In this document: piece after piece, positions 1-7,959 of the stretch | How the letters are laid out: each line of letters starts with the position of its first letter | Position numbering within the stretch: position 1 is the first letter of the stretch | NCBI GenBank assembly: GCA_023399275.1 | Contig: JAEWQH010000117.1 | Span: 2,943-66,942, forward strand | Origin: Bacillota bacterium | Lineage (GTDB): Bacteria; Bacillota; Clostridia; Christensenellales; CAG-138 | Direction of reading: 5' to 3' | Length of the DNA stretch: 64,000 bases | Program-made: the position numbers and the translations under genes | The notes under the pieces: generated by a model | The model's database searches: none | Told to the model about the DNA's origin: nothing | The model's input: only the letters and a program-made list of their open reading frames with translations

Positions 1-334
1 CCAACCGGATCGCAATCGTCATCAACAGGTTGACGCTGATGACCGCAACCGCGCGGATGAAGGTGATCCCTTCGTTGAGCAGCGTCAGGTTGACCGCATA
101 ATACACCAATCCCGCGATCAGATCCGCAATGATCAGCCGCAGGTAAAGTGTGGTTCTTCCATATCTCCATACATGATTGTAGATCCCAAAGCTGGTTCTG
201 CTCCCGAGCAGTAAGGCCGCGCACACCAGTACCTGAATCAACAGCCCGGCGGCGGATAGCTTTTGAGCGTCGCTCGGATACAATCCCAGAAAAAAGAAAG
301 CCGCCATCAGCAGCAGCGCCAGATCGTAGCCCAT
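1..334 (-). CDS. polysaccharide biosynthesis protein, CapD/PglF-like N-terminal membrane domain (3' end runs off the window)
   Basis: Manual minus-strand translation from the ATG at 332-334 gives MGYDLALLLMAAFFFLGLYPSDAQKLSAAGLLIQVLVCAALLLGSRTSFGIYNHVWRYGRTTLYLRLIIADLIAG. This is a multi-TM N-terminus with the WRY motif typical of membrane-anchored NDP-sugar dehydratases. The start is uncertain because the AAGGAGA at 376-382 lies about 40 nt upstream. Confidence 0.5.
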   Translation of the reverse strand, partial: MGYDLALLLMAAFFFLGLYPSDAQKLSAAGLLIQVLVCAALLLGSRTSFGIYNHVWRYGRTTLYLRLIIADLIAGLVYYAVNLTLLNEGITFIRAVAVISVNLLMTIAIRL

Positions 335-491
335 CAGCGCAACAGAGTGCCGGTGCGCCCGTACAGGATGTTTCTCCTTAATCGGTCCCTTCGCGTAGAA
401 TAACATTACAATCGCATCCCCATTCCATTATACATTCCATTTCGACAAAGCCCCCTTCCAAAAAGGCTCTGCGGTTTGGGTTCGACTCTCT

Positions 492-2330
492 CTATTCAAC
501 CGTAACGCTCTTGGCCAGGTTTCTCGGCTTATCGACATCGAGCCCCCGCGCAACGCTCATATAGTATCCAAACAGCTGCAGCGGTATGATCGCGAGGCTT
601 GCGGAAAAATGCCGATCCGTCTGCGGGATATACGTCGTAAAGTCGGCGGTATCCTCGAGCGTGTAGTTGCCGTAATTGGTCAGACCCATGAGGTATCCCC
701 CGCGGCTTTTGACCTCCATGAGATTGCTGGTAGTCTTCTCATAGAGCGGTTGCTGCGTGAGCGTTCCCACAACCAGCGTTCCATTTTCGATCAGGCTGAT
801 TGTGCCGTGTTTGAGTTCGCCCGCGGCGTATGCTTCGGAATGGATGTAGCTGATCTCCTTCATCTTCAGACTACCTTCCATGCTGATCGCATAATCCAAC
901 CCGCGGCCGATGAAAAATATATCCTTCGCGTTGACAAACTTTGCGGCAAACCACTGAATCCGCTCTTTGTCGCTCAAAACGCGTTCAATTTTCTCCGGCA
1001 GCTGCAGCAGTTCATCCAGCAGCACCGTCCGCTCTTCGGCGTCAATACACCCGCGGGCAGAGGCAAACTGCACCGCCAGAGCATAGCAGGCGGCAAGCTG
1101 CGCGCTGTATGCCTTTGTCGTAGCCACCGCGATCTCCGGCCCCGCGAATGTATAGAAGATATAGTCGGCCTCCCGCGCAATCGAAGAGCCCACCACATTT
1201 ACGACAGCCAGCGTCTTAACGCCGAGGCTCTTCGCCTCCCGCAGCGCCGCCAGGCTGTCTGCGGTCTCTCCGGACTGGCTGATCACGACCACAAGATGGT
1301 TTTCGCGCAAGATCGGCTTACGGTAGCGAAACTCAGACGCAAGCTCGACACGCACCGGAAGCTTCGCGATGTCCTCCAGAACATATTGCGCAACAAGCCC
1401 TGCGTGATACGCCGAGCCGCAGGCGATGATGTCGACGGCTTCCATTCGCCGCAGTTCGTCATCGGTCAGCCCGATCGGAGAAAGATCGATCTCATGATTG
1501 CGGATCACACTGTTGAGCGTCTCCCGCACCGCGCGCGGCTGCTCGTGGATCTCTTTCATCATGAAGTGCTCATAGCCGTCCTTATCGGCGGCCTGCGCAT
1601 CCCACTTGATGTAGGTCGCCTGCTTTTCCATCGGCTCCTGATCGACGTTGTAAAACGTCACCACTCCCTTTTGCAGGCAGGCGATCTCGAGATTGCCGAT
1701 ATAGTAGACCTCTCTGGTGTATTTCAAAATAGCGGGCACATCGGAGGCGAGAAACCCCTCCTCACCGGAAATGCCGAGAATCAGCGGGCTGTCCTTGCGC
1801 GCAGCATAGATCACATCCGGCAGATCCTGAAACAGGATCGCAAATGCATACGACCCTTGGATGCGCAGCATAGCACGCGAAATCGCAGCAATGGGCGACC
1901 CGCCTTCTTTTTTATAGTAGTAGTCGATCAGCTTCGCCGCGACCTCGGTATCCGTCTTGGAATAAAACGAATAGCCTTTTTTCAGGAGTTTTTCGCGCAG
2001 TTCCTGATAGTTTTCAATGATGCCGTTGTGTACGCAGACCACCGTGTGGTCGTCGCTGCAATGCGGGTGCGCGTTTTCCACCGAAGGCTCGCCGTGTGTC
2101 GCCCAGCGCGTATGCCCGATGCCGCAGTTGCCCTGCAGACAGGTTCCGTCGTTGGTCATCTCATAGAGCTCTTTCAAGCGGCCCTTCGCCTTGACGATCT
2201 CGATCTCCCCTTCGCCATCCCGAACAGCGAGTCCCGCCGAGTCATATCCCCGATATTCGAGCTTGGAAAGTCCGTCCAGCAGCAACGGCGCCGCCTGATT
2301 TGCTCCGCAGTATCCAACAATCCCACACAT
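492..2330 (-). CDS. glmS: glutamine--fructose-6-phosphate aminotransferase (isomerizing)
   Basis: The ORF 492..2387 contains MCGIVGY (N-terminal nucleophile Cys) at codon 20, followed by class-II amidotransferase and two SIS domains, and ends in the conserved KSVTVE. The start is set at the ATG at 2330, with GGAG 7 nt upstream. Confidence 0.95.
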   Translation of the reverse strand: MCGIVGYCGANQAAPLLLDGLSKLEYRGYDSAGLAVRDGEGEIEIVKAKGRLKELYEMTNDGTCLQGNCGIGHTRWATHGEPSVENAHPHCSDDHTVVCVHNGIIENYQELREKLLKKGYSFYSKTDTEVAAKLIDYYYKKEGGSPIAAISRAMLRIQGSYAFAILFQDLPDVIYAARKDSPLILGISGEEGFLASDVPAILKYTREVYYIGNLEIACLQKGVVTFYNVDQEPMEKQATYIKWDAQAADKDGYEHFMMKEIHEQPRAVRETLNSVIRNHEIDLSPIGLTDDELRRMEAVDIIACGSAYHAGLVAQYVLEDIAKLPVRVELASEFRYRKPILRENHLVVVISQSGETADSLAALREAKSLGVKTLAVVNVVGSSIAREADYIFYTFAGPEIAVATTKAYSAQLAACYALAVQFASARGCIDAEERTVLLDELLQLPEKIERVLSDKERIQWFAAKFVNAKDIFFIGRGLDYAISMEGSLKMKEISYIHSEAYAAGELKHGTISLIENGTLVVGTLTQQPLYEKTTSNLMEVKSRGGYLMGLTNYGNYTLEDTADFTTYIPQTDRHFSASLAIIPLQLFGYYMSVARGLDVDKPRNLAKSVTVE

Positions 2331-2387
2331 AGATAAGCTCCAATACTCGCTTTTAATCCAATCTCTGCTTTCATACGCCAAAATCAA

Positions 2388-2420
2388 ACAAAAAAAGACG
2401 ACATTCTTGCGTTTGTCGCC
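2388..2420 (-). terminator. terminator-like hairpin in the glmS 5' region
   Basis: In the minus-strand RNA, GGCGAC (2415-2420) pairs with GUCGUC (2397-2402) across a 12 nt loop, followed by UUUUUUUGUUU. The stem is only 6 bp. Confidence 0.35.
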
Positions 2421-2430
2421 TTTGAAATCA

Positions 2431-2460
2431 GCAAAATAAAGGGCCTCGTGTTACGAGACC
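2431..2460 (-). terminator. terminator-like hairpin at the 3' edge of the candidate ribozyme
   Basis: In the minus-strand RNA, GGUCUCG pairs with CGAGGCC (7 bp, 5 nt loop), followed by CUUUAUUUUGC. This could equally be a peripheral ribozyme helix. Confidence 0.35.
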
Positions 2461-2645
2461 ATCCGGGTTGCTCTTGTCGGCACCAAAGGCGGCTTGCATC
2501 CGTTCACCGGCATGGTCGCCATTGATCCATGACGCTGGATTCTACCATATTGCACACTCCATCCAAAGAGTCGACAAAGGCGGACGCTGCTCGCCACTTC
2601 ATCATTTGGCCTCCGCCCTCGCCCGACACCCCGACGCTTGTTCCA
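2436..2645 (-). ncRNA. candidate glmS ribozyme / GlcN6P riboswitch
   Basis: The element lies directly upstream of glmS in a Firmicute. The minus-strand RNA contains A/GCGUCGG (compare consensus A/GCGCC; CGUCG can pair with the internal UGGCG), GGGCGAGGGCGGAGG (compare GACGAGGAUGGAGG) closed by UCCGCC, GGAUGGAGUGUGCAAUAUGGUAGAAUCC (compare the conserved GAGUGUGCA helix), and GCCGGUGAACGG (compare GGGGGUGACUCC). The match is from memory of the B. subtilis sequence. No clear P1 helix is visible. Confidence 0.55.
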
Positions 2646-2664
2646 CGCCGACTGTGCCGCATAT

Positions 2665-3393
2665 CTAGAGATTTCGAAACCATTCGATCGACCGGTGGTT
2701 GCAGGTCAGCCGATCCGCGCATTCCACTCCAAAGACCGTTTCCAGCCTCTCGTATGCCATTTGCATGTTGCTGACTCTGCGATGCGTATTGTGCGCATCC
2801 GAAGCGATGAAATCGACCAGGCCTTCCTGAATTGCACGCTTGACTGTACGATTCGTCAAAAAATCCCGCCCGTGCAGCACGCTGTCCGCATTCACCTGAA
2901 AGAACACATCATATTCCCGCTTCATGGCGCGCAGCCGCCGCCCCGCGCGCATCAGGCACGGATAGCGTTCAATATGCGCAAGAATCGGCAGATACCCGGC
3001 GCGCAGCACGTTGAGCACCGCGTCTTCGATCTGCTGATACGTCACATCGGGGGAAAACTCGATCAGTATTTTATCGGAGCCCGCCATGGTCGGAATCCTT
3101 CGCTCGGCGAGAAAGCGCTGCGCATGATAGGTATACAGCAGTTCGGCACCGGCGTAGACCTCCAGATCCAGTCCATACGCTTGGGAGAACGCTCTGGCCT
3201 CCCGAATCCGCTCGTTCAACTGATCAAAGGATACGGGACGGAGCCCTGGCGATACATGCGGCGTGGCGATGATGACCCTGCTCCCATCCTTATGCGCCGC
3301 AACCAGCATTTGCTGCATCTCCAGCTTGGTCGCCGCGCCGTCATCCACTCCGTAGAGAAAGTGGTGGTGCACATCCAGAAACGCACTCATCAC
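2665..3393 (-). CDS. tyrosine-protein phosphatase, PHP family (CpsB/YwqE-like)
   Basis: The N-terminus is DVHHHFLYGVDDGA, and metal-binding His and Asp residues are spread through the sequence (ATPH, DAH). It sits immediately after a BY-kinase pair. Confidence 0.85.
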   Translation of the reverse strand: MMSAFLDVHHHFLYGVDDGAATKLEMQQMLVAAHKDGSRVIIATPHVSPGLRPVSFDQLNERIREARAFSQAYGLDLEVYAGAELLYTYHAQRFLAERRIPTMAGSDKILIEFSPDVTYQQIEDAVLNVLRAGYLPILAHIERYPCLMRAGRRLRAMKREYDVFFQVNADSVLHGRDFLTNRTVKRAIQEGLVDFIASDAHNTHRRVSNMQMAYERLETVFGVECADRLTCNHRSIEWFRNL

Positions 3394-3398
3394 ACCGA

Positions 3399-4127
3399 TC
3401 AGCCTTTACTCTTCCCCTCGGGTTTTGCGTACTGCGTAGAATAGCCTTTGTAGTATCCGCGTCCCTGATAGTTTTTGCTGTTGTAAACCTTCATCGGAAC
3501 GCTGTTGATCGCCACACCCAGCACATCGCAGCCTGTCTTTTCGATCTGCAGGCGCGCATCCAGCAGGTCCTTCCGCCGAACCCCGTTGTAACTGACCGCC
3601 AGCAGCGCACCGTCGCAGGATTTTGCGATCTCCAGTGCGTCTACGATCATGCCAACCGGCGGTGCGTCCACGATGATATAGTCCACATTCGGCGAGACCT
3701 GCTCCATCAGCATCGAAAACCTGGGCGAATTCAGCAGCGCCAGCGAGTTGTTAACCGCATAGCCAACCGGGATGTAGAAAGCACGGCGCAGGTCGGTGTT
3801 GTAGACCACGTCCTCCAGCTCACATTTCTTGGCCAGATAATGTGAGATCCCCATCTTTTCATCATCCTGATACTGCAGCCGGTATGTCGCGTCGATTGTC
3901 GAGCGGCGCAGGTCGGCGTCCACCAAAACCACCCGCTTGCCGAGTTCGGAGAGCGTACGCAGAATCTGCATGGAGAGAAATGTCTTCCCTTCCCCGCTCA
4001 TGACGCTGGTGACCATGATTTTTTTGTATTTTGCGCCTGTAAACGTCAGGTTGGTACAGAGCGTATTGATCGCTTCCGTGCCGGCGTATCCCAACTCCGG
4101 AAGCTTTCTGATCGAAAGCGTCTTCAC
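3399..4127 (-). CDS. BY-kinase catalytic protein (CpsD/YwqD-like tyrosine autokinase)
   Basis: It has a Walker A motif (SGEGKT), VLVDADLR, and a C-terminal Tyr cluster (KVYNSKNYQGRGYYKGYSTQY). The GTG start overlaps the upstream stop codon (GTGA). Confidence 0.9.
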   Translation of the reverse strand: MKTLSIRKLPELGYAGTEAINTLCTNLTFTGAKYKKIMVTSVMSGEGKTFLSMQILRTLSELGKRVVLVDADLRRSTIDATYRLQYQDDEKMGISHYLAKKCELEDVVYNTDLRRAFYIPVGYAVNNSLALLNSPRFSMLMEQVSPNVDYIIVDAPPVGMIVDALEIAKSCDGALLAVSYNGVRRKDLLDARLQIEKTGCDVLGVAINSVPMKVYNSKNYQGRGYYKGYSTQYAKPEGKSKG

Positions 4128-4903
4128 GATTCCAGTTTGCCTTTCTGCGTTGCTCTTCTGTCGGATAAGTCGATTTGCGGTATGACTGCCAGCACGGACA
4201 TGCCGGTATACTTCATCACATCCTCGGTCGACTTGATCTTATCATCCGTAACGAAATGTACCGTAATCCCCGCCAGTGCCAACGCCAGCCCCGCCATCAG
4301 CCCAAGCAGTATATTGCGTGAAACATTGGGCGAAGAGGGGGTTGTCGGAACCAGCGCAGTCGACATGACGTTCGGCTCCTCCGTCGCCATGGTGTCCGCG
4401 ATGAACTTGATGGCGACCGTCGCATACTCGTTGGCGATCGCCGCTGCTTCGCTCGCGGACGCAGACACGACCGTAATCGTCAAGATTCGCGTATTGGTCG
4501 GATTTGCCACCGTCAGCATGGATTGCAGCTGCGAATATGTATATTGCAGTCCAAGGTTCTGCAAGACCATCTCGTTTACTTCCCAGGTTTTGAAAACCTC
4601 GATAAAGTCGTTTGCGAGATAGGAGCCGATCTGCAGATCGGAAAGGTTGATCGCCGAATCGCCGGAGTTGAGCACATAGAGCTTGGAGGTCGCCTCATAC
4701 TGCGGTGTGATGAGGTAAAACGTAATGATCGCCGATAGGGCCGCCCCCAAAATCCCCAAAAAGATAATAAGCTTGATCCGGTCGAGAAAGGTCAGAAACA
4801 GTTCCTTGAGGTCGATCTCCGTTTCGTCGCCTCCGCGCGCGCTCCCGTAATATGCCGTTTGATTGACCGGAGTGTTCTGCTCCGACGATGTGCCGTATGC
4901 CAT
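4124..4903 (-). CDS. Wzz/CpsC/YwqC-like chain-length determinant and BY-kinase transmembrane modulator
   Basis: Two TM segments flank a Wzz-type external domain (YEATSKLYVLN...LQIGSYLANDFIEV). The start is moved to the ATG at 4903 (MAYGTS), which has GGAGG 5 nt upstream. Confidence 0.85.
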   Translation of the reverse strand: MAYGTSSEQNTPVNQTAYYGSARGGDETEIDLKELFLTFLDRIKLIIFLGILGAALSAIITFYLITPQYEATSKLYVLNSGDSAINLSDLQIGSYLANDFIEVFKTWEVNEMVLQNLGLQYTYSQLQSMLTVANPTNTRILTITVVSASASEAAAIANEYATVAIKFIADTMATEEPNVMSTALVPTTPSSPNVSRNILLGLMAGLALALAGITVHFVTDDKIKSTEDVMKYTGMSVLAVIPQIDLSDRRATQKGKLES

Positions 4904-5021
4904 CCATGCCTCCACATAAAAAGGCCAATGCTCCTGCATCAAACAGCAGTCTGACCTACAGTCTGCATTGGCCGGCACATATGTGCCACTTTAAAATTGG
5001 TGTGTACGATAGTACGATCCG

Positions 5022-5591
5022 TCAGTCCGACAGCACCGCGAGAACCGCATTGCTCCCAAGCTTTTCCATGAGCTCTGCCGGGAACACGATGCGCAGATTG
5101 CCGTCCACCACGGTGGTTTCCAGCGCCTGCCAGACCATCGTTCCGTCGCTCGCCTCGTATCCGATAACGACCACAACCGTCTGATCGGCGGTAAACGAGG
5201 TCGCAAACTGCAGCGTGCTGACAACATCGCCATAGCTCGCATCATACGTGCCGATGGTAAGTTCGATAAATTCACTCAGCCCGAGCTTCGACGTATCCGT
5301 TCCCGTCGGCAAGAGTGCCGTGATGCCGCTCTTCGTCTCATCGGGGAAGAAATCCACGGCGTTCTTCTTCTGTGCAACAAAGCTCTTGAGCGCTTCGAGC
5401 TGGGTCTCAGCCCCGGCCGAAAGTTCCACACCCGGATCGATCAGCGCAGGGATGGATTGGCCCGACTCTGTTTTCGTCTCAACCGTACGCGTCAGATCCC
5501 TCGTCGTCTTGCTCTCCGTAGCGGCAAGCGCGGATGTCGATGCCGTGAGCACCACGGCCGCAAGCAGTAAGGCAAACCATTTCTTTTTCAT
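5022..5591 (-). CDS. secreted protein of unknown function
   Basis: It has a signal peptide (MKKKWFALLLAAVVLTASTSALA) and a strong RBS (AAAGGAGA, 7 nt spacing). I recognise no family. Confidence 0.6.
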   Translation of the reverse strand: MKKKWFALLLAAVVLTASTSALAATESKTTRDLTRTVETKTESGQSIPALIDPGVELSAGAETQLEALKSFVAQKKNAVDFFPDETKSGITALLPTGTDTSKLGLSEFIELTIGTYDASYGDVVSTLQFATSFTADQTVVVVIGYEASDGTMVWQALETTVVDGNLRIVFPAELMEKLGSNAVLAVLSD

Positions 5592-5664
5592 GACAATTTC
5601 TCCTTTATTTCGTCAGTTCTGTTATTTCACGAGCTGGTTCATCGGCCCACATTGCGCCGAATTC

Positions 5665-6708
5665 TCAGCTGACCTTCTGATAAAACAAACGCATCACGAG
5701 CGTTTGCAGCGCTTCTTCGTCGGCGTGAAACTCAACAAATCCATCTTCGCCGATCGTGTATTCTCCCTCCGGCTGTACCATCGTCTGGCGGGAAAAGTCC
5801 TTGTTCTTCCAAATCTCGTTGATCAGCCTGCCGCGCGATAGGTTCGTCGTCAGGTATGGTTCGAGCTGATTGAAGATCACATGCAAAAAATCTGTATCGT
5901 TCTCTTCCTGCATCCGCTGATCCATCAGTGAAACCAACGCGTCCCAATATTGCTTTTGCCTCACGCTGCGCGCTTCGTTGGTGCCTACGCCGATATCCAT
6001 GCGGTTGCGAACGAAGTACTCCGCCTGCTCGCCCGCAAGTGTCAGTGTCGCCCCCGCACTCATCGCGGGGTCGAGCTTGGTGAAATCATCCGATATCGTC
6101 ACCGTGACGCCGCCGACCGCATCGTTGAGCGTAGAGATCCCGTCCAGACTCATGGCGACATAGTAAGGGATGTTCACGCCGCAGAGCAGCCTGCTCACCG
6201 CGTCGCGCTGCAGCTCGCAGCTCTGTTCCTTGCCGTCTCCAAAGCCGTGCGCCAGGCAGATCTGCGTCAGTCGCGTGCCGGTCTCGTTGCCAAGTATGCC
6301 CAGCGTCGTAACCTCCGCCATCGTATCGCGGTCGATCTGAACCGGCGTGATGGTCTGCGTGTCCGCGTCGGCTACGATCAGCACCAGGAAATCGGCCTGT
6401 CCGCCGCTTCGGTAGGCGCTCCCCGCATCCGATGCGTCCTCGTCAACGTAGTGATCCGTGCCCATCAGCAGGATGACGGTCAGGTTCTCCTTTGGAGTGT
6501 ACTGCTCGCCGTTGAAGTCGATGACCGGCGCTGCGGTAAACCGATTGTCGAGGTTTCCCTTCGGTTCGTCCGATCCTCGGTTTGGATCGAGATATCTGCC
6601 GATCAGGACGGCTGCCAGCACGCAGACGGCGAGAATGCCCACAGCCAGAATCGCCTTCCTTCGGCGGCCCGGCCGGTCAGCCTTTGCGCGTGTCGCAGCC
6701 TGTTTCAT
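5665..6708 (-). CDS. LytR-CpsA-Psr (LCP) family glycopolymer phosphotransferase
   Basis: An N-terminal TM anchor is followed by the LCP core (ILLMGTDH...GQADFLVLIVAD...IDRDT...VGGVTV). Confidence 0.9.
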   Translation of the reverse strand: MKQAATRAKADRPGRRRKAILAVGILAVCVLAAVLIGRYLDPNRGSDEPKGNLDNRFTAAPVIDFNGEQYTPKENLTVILLMGTDHYVDEDASDAGSAYRSGGQADFLVLIVADADTQTITPVQIDRDTMAEVTTLGILGNETGTRLTQICLAHGFGDGKEQSCELQRDAVSRLLCGVNIPYYVAMSLDGISTLNDAVGGVTVTISDDFTKLDPAMSAGATLTLAGEQAEYFVRNRMDIGVGTNEARSVRQKQYWDALVSLMDQRMQEENDTDFLHVIFNQLEPYLTTNLSRGRLINEIWKNKDFSRQTMVQPEGEYTIGEDGFVEFHADEEALQTLVMRLFYQKVS

Positions 6709-7249
6709 TCCCCGGAATCTCCTTCACAATATCAAACCCGAGCCAGATCTTTTGCTGCCGTCCGGCAAAGTTGATCGTCACCTGTCCGCTGCGGTTCCTC
6801 TTGTCAATGCGCGTGATCTGTCCTTCAAGGTCTTTGAGCGGCCCTTCGACAATCACGATCCGGTCGCCGATCTTATGCGCTTTGGACAGCGTGAGCACAC
6901 CGTCGTATTTGAAGATCCACCTGGCATACGCCTCGTCCTCGCCGAAGAGGTGCCAGTCTCCGTCAGAGTAGGTCAAAACAGAGATCAGATCGTCCATAGG
7001 GATCAGCTTGCGCAGATCCGAATCATGCGGCGCTTCAAAAAACACATAGCCCGGTATGATCACGTCGTTTTGCAGGGTGGTAATACCCTTCGACGTATAC
7101 CGTTTCGTCTGGCAGACCGCGCGGGCGCGCACCAGCCGGTTGAATAGCTCAATGCCGCTTGCGACCAGGCGCTCTTTCCCCGTTAGGCAAAATACGCAGC
7201 CGTAAACCAGCAGCTGATCATCTGGGGCTTGTGTTTGTTCCGGCGGCAT
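6677..7249 (-). CDS. loaP: NusG-family paralog, LoaP-like processive antiterminator
   Basis: It has an NGN-like N-terminal domain (VYGCVFCLTGKERLV) and a KOW motif (GDRIVIVEGPLKDLEGQITRID). It is the first gene of the polysaccharide operon. The ATG at 7249 has GAGGA 5 nt upstream. The 3' end overlaps the LCP gene by 32 nt. Confidence 0.7.
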   Translation of the reverse strand: MPPEQTQAPDDQLLVYGCVFCLTGKERLVASGIELFNRLVRARAVCQTKRYTSKGITTLQNDVIIPGYVFFEAPHDSDLRKLIPMDDLISVLTYSDGDWHLFGEDEAYARWIFKYDGVLTLSKAHKIGDRIVIVEGPLKDLEGQITRIDKRNRSGQVTINFAGRQQKIWLGFDIVKEIPGNETGCDTRKG

Positions 7250-7673
7250 AAAAATCCTCAACCCGATTGAATTCTGCGAATTTCATGATTTCATAGTGCG
7301 GTACTATAAAAAAAGCCCCTCGCGGAATGCCGGAAACAGAAGGAATCCATCTGCGCGCCAATCGGATCAAAACAACAAAACAGCCCGCTGAACATCTTGC
7401 TCTGTCGCCACCTTGCGACGCCTGCGGGACATCCAATGGGCGTAAACGGTCTCGCCATGCGTCCCATACCGGGTATAGCTTCGCCATCAGATCGATACGA
7501 TCCGCCGCAAAAGCTATTCCTCCAAGCGCTTCCACCCCCGCTGAACTCTCAGCGCCGGCAAAGCGGATGTATGTACATGGCCGAATCCTGCATTGCGCAC
7601 AGCTTTTATCTGTTGATACAACAAACAGTCTATGCCGTACACATGTTGCATACATGCTTCTTGCCTAGTCTGA

Positions 7674-7702
7674 AGTTTACACGATTCAGAATTACAAGTC
7701 AA
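7674..7702 (-). promoter_or_regulatory. sigma-A-type promoter of the loaP-cps operon
   Basis: On the minus strand it reads TTGACT, a 17 nt spacer, then TAAACT. It lies in a locally AT-rich stretch and predicts a leader of about 420 nt. Confidence 0.6.
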
Positions 7703-7959
7703 CCATTTTTACTAGTGGTCGAGCCGTTTGTGTAACAACTCTTCAGCCAGGTTCGTGCATTTTCTCGAATTTTTCGCCTGTTTTCCGCAAAATCAAATAT
7801 CCGTAAAATCTTCTCCACGCGCTCACCCATCGTGCTTATGTATGTAACATATCAAACCACTCCCGCTCGCCGGTCGGCGGCTTTGGTTGATTTGTTTCCT
7901 GCGCCAACAATAAAACCCTTCGCGGCGCGCGCATGCTCCGCACGGCGTCTCCTTGTCGG

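Noticed and set aside
609-2336. A 575 aa plus-strand ORF opposite glmS. There are similar long antisense ORFs at 12355..13485, 13537..14664, 23114..24535, 25026..26552, 27431..29191, 30843..32192, 37905..39317, 55823..56866 and 57527..58708.
   Set aside because: In each case the opposite strand carries a gene with clear family motifs and an RBS. The antisense products are Arg/Gly/His-rich and have no recognisable domains.
7218-7655. A 145 aa minus-strand ORF inside the loaP leader.
   Set aside because: It has no RBS and an improbable composition, and it overlaps the loaP start. The region is better explained as an untranslated leader.
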